DNA of 64,000 nucleotides from a bacterium (GTDB lineage Bacteria; Acidobacteriota; Aminicenantia; Aminicenantales; Aminicenantaceae). Positions 1 to 9,933 of the stretch are shown here, piece by piece. The notes beneath the pieces are model-generated. The model saw only the letters and a list, made by a program, of their open reading frames with translations. It was not told where the DNA came from and did no database searches. The number at the start of each line of letters is the position of its first letter. The stretch's first letter is position 1. Position numbers and translations under genes: made by a program. The DNA is taken from the NCBI GenBank assembly GCA_018335295.1, contig JAGXKI010000006.1, positions 4,443 through 68,442 of the forward strand. The letters are read 5' to 3'.

Positions 1-1512
1 CTCTTCGATCAGCCTATCCACTCCTGTCATCAGGTCCCAATAATCTCCTCCTCCTATATCCCCCATGTTTCCTCTCAGAAATTCATCTCCATAATGCCTG
101 CTTCCTCTCACATTGGGACAAAGGGATACATAACCTAAGCTGGCGTAAATGTGATAAGTGGGGCTGAATCGATTGGTGAACACTCCCGCAGGTCCTCCAT
201 GAATATTGAGGATCAAAGGAAGATCTTTCTTTTCAGAAACATCTGAAGGCCAATACAGCAGTCCTTCCACAGAAAGTCCGTCTTTGCTTTTCCACTGGAT
301 TTTTTCCATCTGGGCCAGCTCTCTCTGTTGGACCCAAGGATTGGCCTGGGTCAATCTTTTTTCTTTGTAGGGTTCAAACTGAACCATCCAGATATCAGGA
401 GGAGTCTGATTATCGGAATAAACACAAGCAGCCTTCTCTTGGTCTGAAGACAGGGATTCAAACCACATCACTCCCTGCTTATGGGTCAACTTCTCGATGT
501 CTCTACTTCTCACATCCAACCGGTATACATTTCCTGTCGTCTTTTTTCCCCCGTTAAAAATGATGGATTCTCCATCCGGGCTCCATCTATAATTCCGAAT
601 ATCTCCTTTAAACTTTTCTGAAACCATCTCATACTCCCGGCTCTGAACCTCCATCACCCATATCTTGGAACTGGCCAGTTTCCATTTTTTGTCATCCGGA
701 GCGGTATAGGCGATTCGATTTCCTTTCGGTCCCCATCGAGGATTTCCCTCAGGAGCTTTATTCTGAGTTAACCGGCTCACTTCTCCTGTTCCTATGTCCA
801 CAACTGCCATTTCTCTGAGGTTAGAAGCATTCCTCCGGTTTTCTTTCCTGTAAATGTAAACAATCCGGTTCCCATCTGGAGATACATCATAATCCATAAT
901 CCGAATTTTTCCTTGAGTAATTTTTTCCTCTTCTTTGGTTTTTAAAGAAAACCTCCACAAGTCAGACCAACTTCCCCGTTTGTACTGGCCGTGGGGTCCT
1001 TCGTAGACATATATCACATCTTCGCCCTTTTCAATTTTCTCCTTTTCCTTTTCACTCTTGATATCATCCGCTAGAAAAATTATCCCCTGACTGTCTGGGC
1101 CCCAATGAAAAGATTTGACTCCAGACTTATGGTTTGTATAAGGAACGGCCTCACCTCCCTGGGTTCTCATCACCCATACTTGTCTTTTATCTCCCTTTTT
1201 TCTTAGAAAAGCCAGATATTGACCATCCGGAGACCATTGAGGGGAAGAATCTCCTTCTTCCCGAGTATACTTATAGGATTCTTCCCCGTCGGATGAAACA
1301 ATCCACAGATAACTTTCTCTCTTGTTTTTCTTCCAATTCAACTGAGTCTTTGTATAAACAATCCAATCACCATCTGGAGAAACCTGAGGATTGGAAACCC
1401 TCACCATGTTGATGGCATCATCCACGGTAAAGGGCTTATCGGCATAAGCATAATTCACAAAAATCAAACACAAAACCAATAGGATATAAATTTTATTCCA
1501 GCGAATTTTCAT
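1..1512 (-). CDS. S9 family (prolyl oligopeptidase/acylaminoacyl-peptidase-like) serine peptidase with signal peptide; 3' end runs off the window
   Basis: Not in the ORF track (open at the window edge). Manual translation from ATG 1512 (SD GGAGG): MKIRWNKIYILLVLCLIFVNYAYADKPFTVDDAINMVRVSNPQVSPDG..., propeller SPDG repeats, then LPLILNIHGGPAG...PNVRGSRHYGDEF...GGGDYWDLMTGVDRLIEE. The nucleophile Ser lies beyond the edge. Confidence 0.88.
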   Translation of the reverse strand, partial: MKIRWNKIYILLVLCLIFVNYAYADKPFTVDDAINMVRVSNPQVSPDGDWIVYTKTQLNWKKNKRESYLWIVSSDGEESYKYTREEGDSSPQWSPDGQYLAFLRKKGDKRQVWVMRTQGGEAVPYTNHKSGVKSFHWGPDSQGIIFLADDIKSEKEKEKIEKGEDVIYVYEGPHGQYKRGSWSDLWRFSLKTKEEEKITQGKIRIMDYDVSPDGNRIVYIYRKENRRNASNLREMAVVDIGTGEVSRLTQNKAPEGNPRWGPKGNRIAYTAPDDKKWKLASSKIWVMEVQSREYEMVSEKFKGDIRNYRWSPDGESIIFNGGKKTTGNVYRLDVRSRDIEKLTHKQGVMWFESLSSDQEKAACVYSDNQTPPDIWMVQFEPYKEKRLTQANPWVQQRELAQMEKIQWKSKDGLSVEGLLYWPSDVSEKKDLPLILNIHGGPAGVFTNRFSPTYHIYASLGYVSLCPNVRGSRHYGDEFLRGNMGDIGGGDYWDLMTGVDRLIEE

Positions 1513-1544
1513 AATATCCTCCTTACATTAATTATCCTGGATTA

Positions 1545-3359
1545 TCAGTCTACAGTCAGCGTTTTGCTTATATTCCGGGGATGGTCTGGGTCAATCCCCT
1601 TTTCTTGGCTTACATAGTAAGCGAGTTGTTGGGCCACCACCACTCCTAATAGAGGAGTCAAATAGTGATTGGACGAAGGAAGCCCAATGAGTTGGTCGGA
1701 ATTCAAAGATAGGGAATCTTCTGGATAAGAAATGGTGCATATTTTTCCGCCCCGACAGCTGACTTCATTGATATGGGAGAGGGTCATGGACACATCTTCA
1801 GGAGTTGAAAGAAACAGTACCCAATCCCCCTTTTTGATTATGGCCAAAGGCCCATGCTTGAATTCAGATGAATACATGCCTTCGCAGGGAATATAAGTGA
1901 TTTCTTTCATCTTTAAAGCCGCTTCCAGAGACCCTCCGTAACTCATTCCGTAGCCCAGATAATAAAGATAGGGACTTTCAACCAATAGCGGAGCCATCCG
2001 CATGCATCCTGTCCGAGTCTCATCTAAAGTCCTTTTAATTAAAGACGGAAGATTTAATAAATCTTTCTCAGTTTTTTTATCCGCTCTCCCCATGGACCGG
2101 GCTAATCTTAAAGATAAGCCTAGAAAAAGAATCACTTGATTGATAAATGTCTTGGTCGCAGGGACACTGATTTCTAAATCTGAAAGAAGAGGTAAAAATT
2201 TGTCCACTCTAAGTTGAAGGGAAGACCCTAACACATTCACGACGGCAAATATTTTTTTCACCTTTCTCTCTTCCAAAACATTCAAAACGCTGATCACGTC
2301 TTTGGTCTCTCCACTTTGAGAGACTAAAATGTAAGCATCCTGTAAATGTTCCGTATGGCCCAGCAAATCTTTGAACGAACCCGCAATCACTGGAATAGCC
2401 TCCACCCGGGCAAGTTTATTTAAGCAATAGGCACCCAGAACACAGGCATTGTAAGAAGACCCGGAGCCAATGAGGTATATTTTTGGCTCTTCTTTTAGAT
2501 TCTGACAAAATTCTTGTACTTGGCTGGATTCCTCCATGTATTGGATGAGGGCCTCAGCTTTATCTGGCTGTTCATTTATCTCCTTGAGCATGAAATGAGG
2601 ATAATCCCCTTTTCGAGCCTGCTCAATGTTCAAGGAGCTTTTTTGGGGATTTCTTTCTATTTTTTCACCCGAAGAAAGCTTCCTGATGAGATAACGATCC
2701 CAAGCAAACTTAACATATTCTCCGTCATAAAGAGGAACAATCCTGTTTGTCAATGGAAGGATGGAAGGAAGATCGGAGGAACAGCATATAAAATCTTCCC
2801 CCACTCCCAAATAAAGTGAAGAATATTTTTTGACACAATGCATATTGGAGGCATTTCTCACTGTAATTACATAGGCGTAATCCCCCTTCAGTGTTTTATC
2901 TGCCTCCTGGACAGCCAGATTCAAATCATTTTTTTTATTGTATTCTTCCTCAACCACATGAACCACCACTTCCCCATCATTTTCTCCCTGGAATCCATGT
3001 CCTCGATTCTCCAGTTCTCCAATGAGTTCTCTGGTATTCACGATATTCCCGTTGTGAGCTCCTACCATAGTGTGAGAGCAGTCATAATGGGGCTGAGAAT
3101 TTTCTTTGGACGGTGGGCCAAAAGTGGCCCATCTAAGCTGAACAATCCCTTTAAAACCCCCTAACTCTTCATAATGATATTTCTGGCTCACCTCTTCAAT
3201 TTCTCCTACATCTTTCCTCAACTCCACATTTTCATCGGAAAAAACGGCCATCCCCACGGAATCATACCCTCTATAAGTAAGCCGCCTTCCTGCCTGCAGA
3301 AGAATCTTTCCCAAATCCGGTCTATGGTTTTTAAATATCACTCCAAAAATTCCGCACAT
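1545..3359 (-). CDS. glmS: Glutamine--fructose-6-phosphate aminotransferase (isomerizing), divergent
   Basis: N-terminal MCGIFG, RGYDS, RWAT, HNG, SQSGET, EFKHGP, C-terminal RNISKTLTVD; 604 aa. Confidence 0.9.
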   Translation of the reverse strand: MCGIFGVIFKNHRPDLGKILLQAGRRLTYRGYDSVGMAVFSDENVELRKDVGEIEEVSQKYHYEELGGFKGIVQLRWATFGPPSKENSQPHYDCSHTMVGAHNGNIVNTRELIGELENRGHGFQGENDGEVVVHVVEEEYNKKNDLNLAVQEADKTLKGDYAYVITVRNASNMHCVKKYSSLYLGVGEDFICCSSDLPSILPLTNRIVPLYDGEYVKFAWDRYLIRKLSSGEKIERNPQKSSLNIEQARKGDYPHFMLKEINEQPDKAEALIQYMEESSQVQEFCQNLKEEPKIYLIGSGSSYNACVLGAYCLNKLARVEAIPVIAGSFKDLLGHTEHLQDAYILVSQSGETKDVISVLNVLEERKVKKIFAVVNVLGSSLQLRVDKFLPLLSDLEISVPATKTFINQVILFLGLSLRLARSMGRADKKTEKDLLNLPSLIKRTLDETRTGCMRMAPLLVESPYLYYLGYGMSYGGSLEAALKMKEITYIPCEGMYSSEFKHGPLAIIKKGDWVLFLSTPEDVSMTLSHINEVSCRGGKICTISYPEDSLSLNSDQLIGLPSSNHYLTPLLGVVVAQQLAYYVSQEKGIDPDHPRNISKTLTVD

Positions 3360-3377
3360 GGAAGACTTTCTCTCCTC

Positions 3378-4547
3378 TCATCTATAAAATTCCTTCACTC
3401 GAGAAACAATATATTCCTGCTGTTTGGAAGACAATTCAGGATAGACAGGCAGGGCAAGAACTTCAGAGGAAGCCTTTTCCGATTCGGGAAAATCCCCTTC
3501 TCTATAACCTAAATAAGCAAAACACTCTTGGAGATGAAGGGGCCGAGGGTAATAGACCGCTGTGGAAATTCCTTTTTCTTTTAAATATTTCTTTAATTCA
3601 TCTCTTCTCTGGGCTCGAATGACATACTGATGATAAGTATGATAATGGTTTACCTTTCCATTTCTATACACAGCGGAAGGACATTGAATCAACCCTTTTT
3701 GGGGCAACCCTGATTCCCAAAATAGTTTTTTATAATGGCTCGCTTTCTCCTTTTTCATTTCCAGCCACCCATCCAGGTATTTTAATTTCACTCTGAGAAC
3801 TGCGGCCTGGAGGGAGTCCAAACGGAAATTTCCTCCCACAAACTTGTAATGATATTTATTCTCAGACCCATGAACTCTCAACAATCTGATCTGGGAAGCC
3901 AATTCTTTATCATCTGTAAGAACCATCCCTCCATCCCCATATCCTCCTAAATTTTTGGAGGGAAAAAAGGATAAAATCCCTAAATCACCTAAAGAACCTG
4001 CTTTTTTTATTTCACCCCGCATGGAATACTCAGCTCCCACAGCCTGAGCCGCATCTTCGATGATCTTCAACTGAAAGTCCTTTGCTAGAGAGGATAAAGT
4101 GTCCATCTCAGCGCATTGACCGTAAAGATGTACCGGAATAATAGCTCTGATTCGGGACTGTGAATTTTTTGATCTTTGGCTCTCAAGAAGTGACTCTAGT
4201 TTTTTAGGGTCCAAATTAAAGGTATTCCTCTGGATATCACAGAAAACAGGTTTGGCTCCTAGCCGGGCCACCGTTCCAGCAGTGGCAAAAAAAGTAAAAG
4301 GGGTAGTGATCACCTCATCATCTCTCCCCACTCCTAAGGCCATGAGAGAAACCAAAAGAGCATCAGACCCCGAAGAAACGCCCACAGCCGATCCGCTTCC
4401 ACAATAAGAAGCCATCTCTTTTTCCAAGGCTTCCACCTCAGGGCCCATTATGAAACGCTGAGTTTTCACCACATCCAAAATTTTTTTATCGATTTCTTTT
4501 TGGATGTTTTTGTATTGAGCCTTTAAATCAAGAAAAGGAATATTCAT
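3378..4547 (-). CDS. DegT/DnrJ/EryC1/StrS family PLP-dependent sugar aminotransferase
   Basis: IPFLDLKAQY, VSSGSDAL, PVHLYGQ, IEDAAQA, SFFPSKNLG(G)YGDGG, GGNFRLD. Confidence 0.93.
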   Translation of the reverse strand: MNIPFLDLKAQYKNIQKEIDKKILDVVKTQRFIMGPEVEALEKEMASYCGSGSAVGVSSGSDALLVSLMALGVGRDDEVITTPFTFFATAGTVARLGAKPVFCDIQRNTFNLDPKKLESLLESQRSKNSQSRIRAIIPVHLYGQCAEMDTLSSLAKDFQLKIIEDAAQAVGAEYSMRGEIKKAGSLGDLGILSFFPSKNLGGYGDGGMVLTDDKELASQIRLLRVHGSENKYHYKFVGGNFRLDSLQAAVLRVKLKYLDGWLEMKKEKASHYKKLFWESGLPQKGLIQCPSAVYRNGKVNHYHTYHQYVIRAQRRDELKKYLKEKGISTAVYYPRPLHLQECFAYLGYREGDFPESEKASSEVLALPVYPELSSKQQEYIVSRVKEFYR

Positions 4548-4651
4548 AAACCTTTTATCCTTTCATTATCAAAATGATTATTCAATTTTGTATGATCTTT
4601 TTCTTAAGTTCCCCATTATAAAAGGATACTAAAAAAAAGACAGGGATTATT

Positions 4652-5128
4652 TTAAGATTTTTTTAGTTTTCTCTTCTCGATTATCAATTGGCCTTGATAG
4701 GAGATATAATTGAGGAGAATCAGGACCCTTTCTTTTTCTGAAATCTCTTTTTTAAATATCCCTTTCAATCCTTTGAAGGGACCTTCCATCACTTCGATTT
4801 CATCCCCAACTTCAGGTTTCTCCCCGTACTTTTCCAGCTCCACAAATCCATTAATCTCTCTGGCTTGGATCTCCTGAATCACCTTTTCTGAAATAGGAAT
4901 GGGGCCCTGTTGATTTCCCACTACTTCTTTCACTCCTCGGGTGTATTTCACGGTGCGGTACTTTTCGGGAAAAGCAAAATGAATAAACCCATATCCAGGA
5001 AAAAATGGTCTGGCCTTTTCTTTCACTTTGTATTTAGGGATGTAAATTTGGAATCCCCCTTCTTGAAATAACTTTTCAACCTGAAATTCCTTTTTGGGTT
5101 TCGTATTCAATACAAACCAGTTTTTCAT
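4652..5128 (-). CDS. NusG-paralog transcription antiterminator (RfaH/UpxY-like)
   Basis: NGN domain (WFVLNTKPKKE...PFFPGYGF...TRGV) plus KOW motif (GDEIEVMEGPFKGLKG); 158 aa. Confidence 0.85.
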   Translation of the reverse strand: MKNWFVLNTKPKKEFQVEKLFQEGGFQIYIPKYKVKEKARPFFPGYGFIHFAFPEKYRTVKYTRGVKEVVGNQQGPIPISEKVIQEIQAREINGFVELEKYGEKPEVGDEIEVMEGPFKGLKGIFKKEISEKERVLILLNYISYQGQLIIEKRKLKKS

Positions 5129-5132
5129 TCCA

Positions 5133-5987
5133 TTATCCTTTGATCGGATGACCTGAACGATTCGACTCCAAAAGATTTAATTTCGAGTAAAACTCAGGGC
5201 GTCTATCTGGAATAAAGAATTTCTTAGCTGGAGATTCCCGATTGAGACTGAAATCACAATCTGCGAACAGGATGACATCCTTTTCCTGAGGAGCCTGGGC
5301 GAGAATCTGGCCTCGGGGGTCTACAACAAAAGATTCACCAGCGAAATGAAGGTTCTCTTCTTTCCCTACTCGATTGGCCAAAGCCACATAATAGCCATTC
5401 TGGAAGGCGGCTGTAGTGAGTTCTCCCTCAAATATTCCCGGCGGCCATTCTCCCAGAGCTCCAGCTTGAGGTACCACCACGATTTCCGCTCCCTGTATCC
5501 CCAAACTTCTCATGTATTCGGGGAAATGACGATCATAGCAAACGGCCACACCTACCCGGGCGGGTTGAGTCTTATACACCAGCTGAGAATTATTTCCGGG
5601 TTTGTAATATCCTTTTTCATGAAAACCCATTCCTTCCATGATATGGATCATCCTCACAACCCCCAGAAGAGCCCCGTCAGAATCGATTACGGGAGAAGAA
5701 TCATAAGTTTGACGGCCGTCTCTCTCGAAAAGATTTAAAACCACAGCCACTTGATACTTCCGGGCCAGTTCTCTAAATTTATCAGTGGTAGGACCCGGGA
5801 TGGGTTCTGCAAGACGTAAAGAGCGGGAATCCACCGGTTTTTGAGGAAGAAAGTGAGAAAAACCCAATTCAGCATAAGCCACTAAATCAGCCCCTTTCTC
5901 GGCAGCTTGACAAAAAGACTCTATTCCCCTCTTTAGATTATCCCGAGGATCTTTAGTGGCGTACTGCTGAATGAGTGCAATTTTCAT
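5133..5987 (-). CDS. Carbon-nitrogen hydrolase (nitrilase superfamily; N-carbamoylputrescine amidase/beta-ureidopropionase-like)
   Basis: Catalytic E-K-C: AYAELG, HEKGYY, VCYDRHFPE; ANRVG. Confidence 0.88.
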   Translation of the reverse strand: MKIALIQQYATKDPRDNLKRGIESFCQAAEKGADLVAYAELGFSHFLPQKPVDSRSLRLAEPIPGPTTDKFRELARKYQVAVVLNLFERDGRQTYDSSPVIDSDGALLGVVRMIHIMEGMGFHEKGYYKPGNNSQLVYKTQPARVGVAVCYDRHFPEYMRSLGIQGAEIVVVPQAGALGEWPPGIFEGELTTAAFQNGYYVALANRVGKEENLHFAGESFVVDPRGQILAQAPQEKDVILFADCDFSLNRESPAKKFFIPDRRPEFYSKLNLLESNRSGHPIKG

Positions 5988-6125
5988 AAATTTTTCTCTG
6001 AATAGAGTCTTTTATAATTTATAACAACGGGGAATTACAAGTCAAATTTAAAAGGAGGAAAGACTCCCCATACTTTCTTCAACCCAAGGGAATGTTTGGT
6101 AAATTAAGGAAGGTTTTTAATGAAT

Positions 6126-6503
6126 TTAGTTGTTGGATTGACTCAGAGCCTTCTCTATAGTCGAAATCAACTCTTTCTCTTCAAAGGGTTTGTGGATGAA
6201 ACCAAAATGTTTTATTTTCCGAGTTTTTTCCTTAGTAGCCTCATCTCCGTAGGCCGTGAGATAGATCACAGGGAGATTGAAGCGCTTCTTTAAATGTTGG
6301 GCGGCTTTTAATCCATCTATCTTTCCCTTTAATTTTATATCCATCAAAACCAAATCTAATTTTAGCAGGGAGGCTTTTCTTAGGGATTCTTCTCCAGATG
6401 AAACCACAGCAGAAACATCATACCCCAGCTTTTCTAATATTTGTTGGATATCCATAGCCACGATTGTTTCATCCTCTACCACCAAAATCCGATGCTTAGT
6501 CAT
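6126..6503 (-). CDS. Single-domain response regulator (receiver only)
   Basis: ILVVEDE, LVLMDI, YLTAY, FIHKPF; 125 aa with no output domain. Confidence 0.9.
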   Translation of the reverse strand: MTKHRILVVEDETIVAMDIQQILEKLGYDVSAVVSSGEESLRKASLLKLDLVLMDIKLKGKIDGLKAAQHLKKRFNLPVIYLTAYGDEATKEKTRKIKHFGFIHKPFEEKELISTIEKALSQSNN

Positions 6504-6627
6504 TATAGAGAAAATCTTTTTTATCTTAATTTTAGTCGTTTGGGGAAAATAAAAATTGAAAAAACAGAAAATTATTGACTTTAATAAGCCGTTTTAAAAG
6601 TAAAAATCAGAAAGAGATTTTGGGGAT

Positions 6628-6661
6628 AAAAAAAAGAGAGGGATTACCCCTCTCTTTTTTT
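6628..6661. terminator. Bidirectional-type intrinsic terminator hairpin
   Basis: A-tract-GAGAGGG-atta-CCCTCTC-T-tract, 16 nt downstream of the stop of 6678..7688. Confidence 0.8.
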
Positions 6662-6677
6662 ATTTTTGAGGCAGGAT

Positions 6678-7688
6678 TCAGTTTATGACAATAATTATTC
6701 TGGAAAGATGAAATTTATTTTTATCTAAGAGCTGAATATCTGCGGATTGGCCTCCGATTTCCACACGGTAATCAATTCCCTCTTCTAAATGCTTGGGCAG
6801 GAGTTTCACTTTCTTAATGGTATTTGCTTCAACATCAGAAGCACTCACGGAGATAACCTCCGTCTTACGAAGGTCCACACGATTTTGATAGTCAGCAAAG
6901 CTCACTTCTTTCACGTTAATCCCGATGATACCGAGAAAAGAACCTTTAATTTTATTCTGAGCTTTCAATTCCTCACGGGTACCCACAAAATAATAGACTG
7001 AATTCAGTTTGGACTCCAGGTTTGCTTTCTGGTTTTTGAGTTCTGAAATATCCTGTTCCAAAGAAGATATCTGATCATTTAACTCTACTTTATCCTGTTC
7101 TAAATCTTCGATTTGGCTTCTCAATTGTTCACCCTTTTTCTCCAGGTCAGCAATTCGTTTTTCCAACTTGGCTTTCTCTTCTTTGATCTTTTTCTCTTTC
7201 AATCTTTTTACAGTTCCAGGAGAGACTTTGGCATCACCTTGAGTAACAAAAGTTCCGTAGACCTGACCGTAAAAATAGTGCCACACTTTGTATCCTATGT
7301 GGATGGGATGTAAGAGATGGGATTTGGCCAGCATATTTCTGGCTTCAGCTGCAGGAACATTTTTCTCTGTGGTAAGAAAGTCAAAGGCTAATCCCCAATG
7401 ACTATCTCCTCGTTGTACCACATTGGGTTCAGGAATCTGTTCCTCAAGATCTGCTTTCTCCTTTTCTAACTGAGCGATGGTCTTTTCTTTTTGGGACAAT
7501 TCTTTCTCTAGGTCAGATATCTGGGTTTCTAGTTTCTGGATTTCCTGTTCCGGTTCAGGAGGGGCTTCTTCTTCAGCTTGTTCTCCACCGCCACAGGAAT
7601 TGAGAAAGATAACTCCAGCTATTAAAACCAAATAAAAAGGGAAAGATAACCAACGTTTGGGGGCTAATCTTTTTATGTTCATTTTCAT
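6678..7688 (-). CDS. Coiled-coil lipoprotein with LysM-like insert and a C-terminal domain resembling Cbp1-family collagen-binding adhesins
   Basis: Lipobox-like FLNSC; heptad coiled coils; NVVQRGDSHWGLA (LysM-like start); C-terminal LNSVYYFVGTREELKAQ...DLRKTEVI...KKVKLLPKH...F..S..IIIVIN pattern, recalled from Bacteroides Cbp1-type proteins. SD GAGGAGG. Confidence 0.6.
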   Translation of the reverse strand: MKMNIKRLAPKRWLSFPFYLVLIAGVIFLNSCGGGEQAEEEAPPEPEQEIQKLETQISDLEKELSQKEKTIAQLEKEKADLEEQIPEPNVVQRGDSHWGLAFDFLTTEKNVPAAEARNMLAKSHLLHPIHIGYKVWHYFYGQVYGTFVTQGDAKVSPGTVKRLKEKKIKEEKAKLEKRIADLEKKGEQLRSQIEDLEQDKVELNDQISSLEQDISELKNQKANLESKLNSVYYFVGTREELKAQNKIKGSFLGIIGINVKEVSFADYQNRVDLRKTEVISVSASDVEANTIKKVKLLPKHLEEGIDYRVEIGGQSADIQLLDKNKFHLSRIIIVIN

Positions 7689-7942
7689 TCTATCCTCCTC
7701 GTTATTTATTTATCAAATCCTCAAGCATAAGTCAAATAAAATTGTATTCCTATGTCATGTATTCTTGGGAGAAAGTAAATTTTCATCCAAAACTCACGTA
7801 AAGAAAGCCCCATGCCTTCCCTCAACCTCCATTTCTCAAATTTGAGAGTCTCTTCCCCCCCTAAACCTTGACTTTTTAACCTTAAAAGAGTTTATAATTT
7901 TATTTACATTCATTCATAAATTATGGAAAGGAAACAGAGCGA

Positions 7943-8452
7943 ATGAAAATGAACACCATTATCATGGCAGTGATTTTTGTAGCTCTTTTCATTACTGCCT
8001 GGTATTTCAAAGGATTGGGAGCTGCAGGAGAAGGAATCAAACAGGGTGGGTTGATGCTGAAAAAGACAGGGCTTTTACTTTTGATTGCTTTAGGAGTGGC
8101 CGGCTTGATACAGGTGTTGGTTCCCAAAGAACTCATTTCCCAGTACATGGGAGCGGCCTCAGGTTATAAAGGAATTCTAGTGGCTTGGCTTATCGGGGGC
8201 ATCATCCCCGGAGCTCCCTATGTGATACTCCCCTTAGGAGCCTCTCTTCTTTCCAGGGGAGCCGGGATAGCCCCAACCACCACCATGGTTCTTTCAGCTT
8301 CTCTCATAGGGGCCACCCGAATTCCTTATGAAATCGCATTCATCGGGTGGAAATTTACCATCGTCCGGATTTTAGGAGGGATGCTGCTTCCCCCTCTGGC
8401 TGGGTTTATTGTTTTAATGGTCAATCGAGTTCTTAAGCTCTACCCTTTCTAG
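7943..8452 (+). CDS. Small permease (DUF318/ArsP-like half-size membrane protein)
   Basis: Highly hydrophobic, GGIIPGAPYVILPLGASLLSRGAG, IGWKFTIVR. Confidence 0.7.
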   Translation: MKMNTIIMAVIFVALFITAWYFKGLGAAGEGIKQGGLMLKKTGLLLLIALGVAGLIQVLVPKELISQYMGAASGYKGILVAWLIGGIIPGAPYVILPLGASLLSRGAGIAPTTTMVLSASLIGATRIPYEIAFIGWKFTIVRILGGMLLPPLAGFIVLMVNRVLKLYPF

Positions 8453-9732
8453 GTGGAAAACTGCTTGAGTTTTTTCATAAAAGCTAATACCAGCAGACCC
8501 GCAAAAAACAGAGATGCCGATAAAATCAGAAAAAACAGGTGATGGGGAATTTTACTGTAGAAACTGGTGAAAATCCCGGCCGCCATGGCTCCCAAACCGG
8601 TGGCCCCAAACCACATTCCCATCATGGATCCTTGGAGACGAGGGGGAGCGACTTTGGAAGTGAACGAAAGTCCCATCGGGCTTACCAGGAGTTCGGCGAT
8701 GGTGATCACAAAGTAAGTGGAAATCAACCATCCTGGAGACATGATGTTCATGTCCTTATTTCCTCCAGATAAAGAAGCCGCCACCATTATTAAAAGAGCC
8801 ACGCTGGCCACAAACATACCCGTACATATTTTTGCGGCACTGGAGGGTTCCTTTTTCTTTTTGCGCAGGTAATTGAAAAGAGGAACGATCAGGATCAAGG
8901 TTAAGAGCACGATAAAGAAAGGATTGAAAAATTGATAAGTCTCTGCCTTCAAAAACGGATAATGGACCGTGGACCTCTGAGCAAAAAGGGTCAGAGCGGA
9001 CCCATTCTGATAAAAAGCCATCCAGAAGAAAAAGGCGATGGCAAAAAGGATGATCAGGGAAACGATTCTCATTTTCTCTTCAGTTCGACTCATCGGTTTC
9101 GACTCTTCTCCAGTGGACTGTTGGCTCTGACTCAGCATGGATCCTTTGGCGGCATATTCATAGGTTTTCTTTCCCAACCCTAATACAGCGATGGATACCA
9201 GCATCCCCACACTGGCTGCCGCAAAGCAGGCATTGAAACTATACTTGTTTCTTAAAAAGGTGGCCGCCAAAGGAGCCATCAAAGCTCCAATGTTAATGCC
9301 CATATAAAATATATTGTAGGCCGTATCTTTCAGCTTGCTTCCACTCTCGTAGAGATTCCCTACAACCACAGAAATGTTGGCTTTAAACAACCCACTTCCC
9401 AGAGCAATGGTGACCAGTCCGGCATAGAAAAAGAACAAACGGTCCAGAGAGGAGGCGGTCAAGCTGGCGTAGCCCACCGTCATGACCCCAGCCCCCATTA
9501 AAATGGTGTTTTTGGCCCCCAGCCATTTATCGGCGATATACCCTCCCAGAATGGGAAAAACATACACTGCCAATAAAAAGACCCCATAGATGACTCCTTT
9601 GATTTCGTCTCCCCAGCCAAAATCAAGGTCCATATACAAAACCAGTATGGCCATCATGGTGTAGAAGCCAAAACGCTCCCACATCTCTGTAAAAAATAAT
9701 GTTCTGAGTCCCTTTGGATGTTCTTTAAACAT
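8449..9732 (-). CDS. Proton-dependent oligopeptide transporter (POT/PTR family MFS)
   Basis: EMWERFGFYTM (ExxERFxYY motif variant), GLFKANIS, FYMGINIGA, ELLVSPMGLS. Confidence 0.92.
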   Translation of the reverse strand: MFKEHPKGLRTLFFTEMWERFGFYTMMAILVLYMDLDFGWGDEIKGVIYGVFLLAVYVFPILGGYIADKWLGAKNTILMGAGVMTVGYASLTASSLDRLFFFYAGLVTIALGSGLFKANISVVVGNLYESGSKLKDTAYNIFYMGINIGALMAPLAATFLRNKYSFNACFAAASVGMLVSIAVLGLGKKTYEYAAKGSMLSQSQQSTGEESKPMSRTEEKMRIVSLIILFAIAFFFWMAFYQNGSALTLFAQRSTVHYPFLKAETYQFFNPFFIVLLTLILIVPLFNYLRKKKKEPSSAAKICTGMFVASVALLIMVAASLSGGNKDMNIMSPGWLISTYFVITIAELLVSPMGLSFTSKVAPPRLQGSMMGMWFGATGLGAMAAGIFTSFYSKIPHHLFFLILSASLFFAGLLVLAFMKKLKQFST

Positions 9733-9933
9733 CTTTTCTCCCTTTCATTTTATGAACTCACAAGCTTGATTCACGGATATTGTTTTTTCTTTTTATCAAA
9801 GCTTGAGTTTTTGGTCAAATAAATTTTTATAATCCCTACCCTTTTTCAACAAACTAGAGGATTTTCACAAAAATTTTATTTGACAAAATTCATCCAGTTT
9901 AGTAGTCATCTATTTAAGAATAAGAAGGCGTTG

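Noticed and set aside
3360-3377. glmS ribozyme
   Set aside because: Only 18 nt separate degT and glmS; there is no room and no motif.
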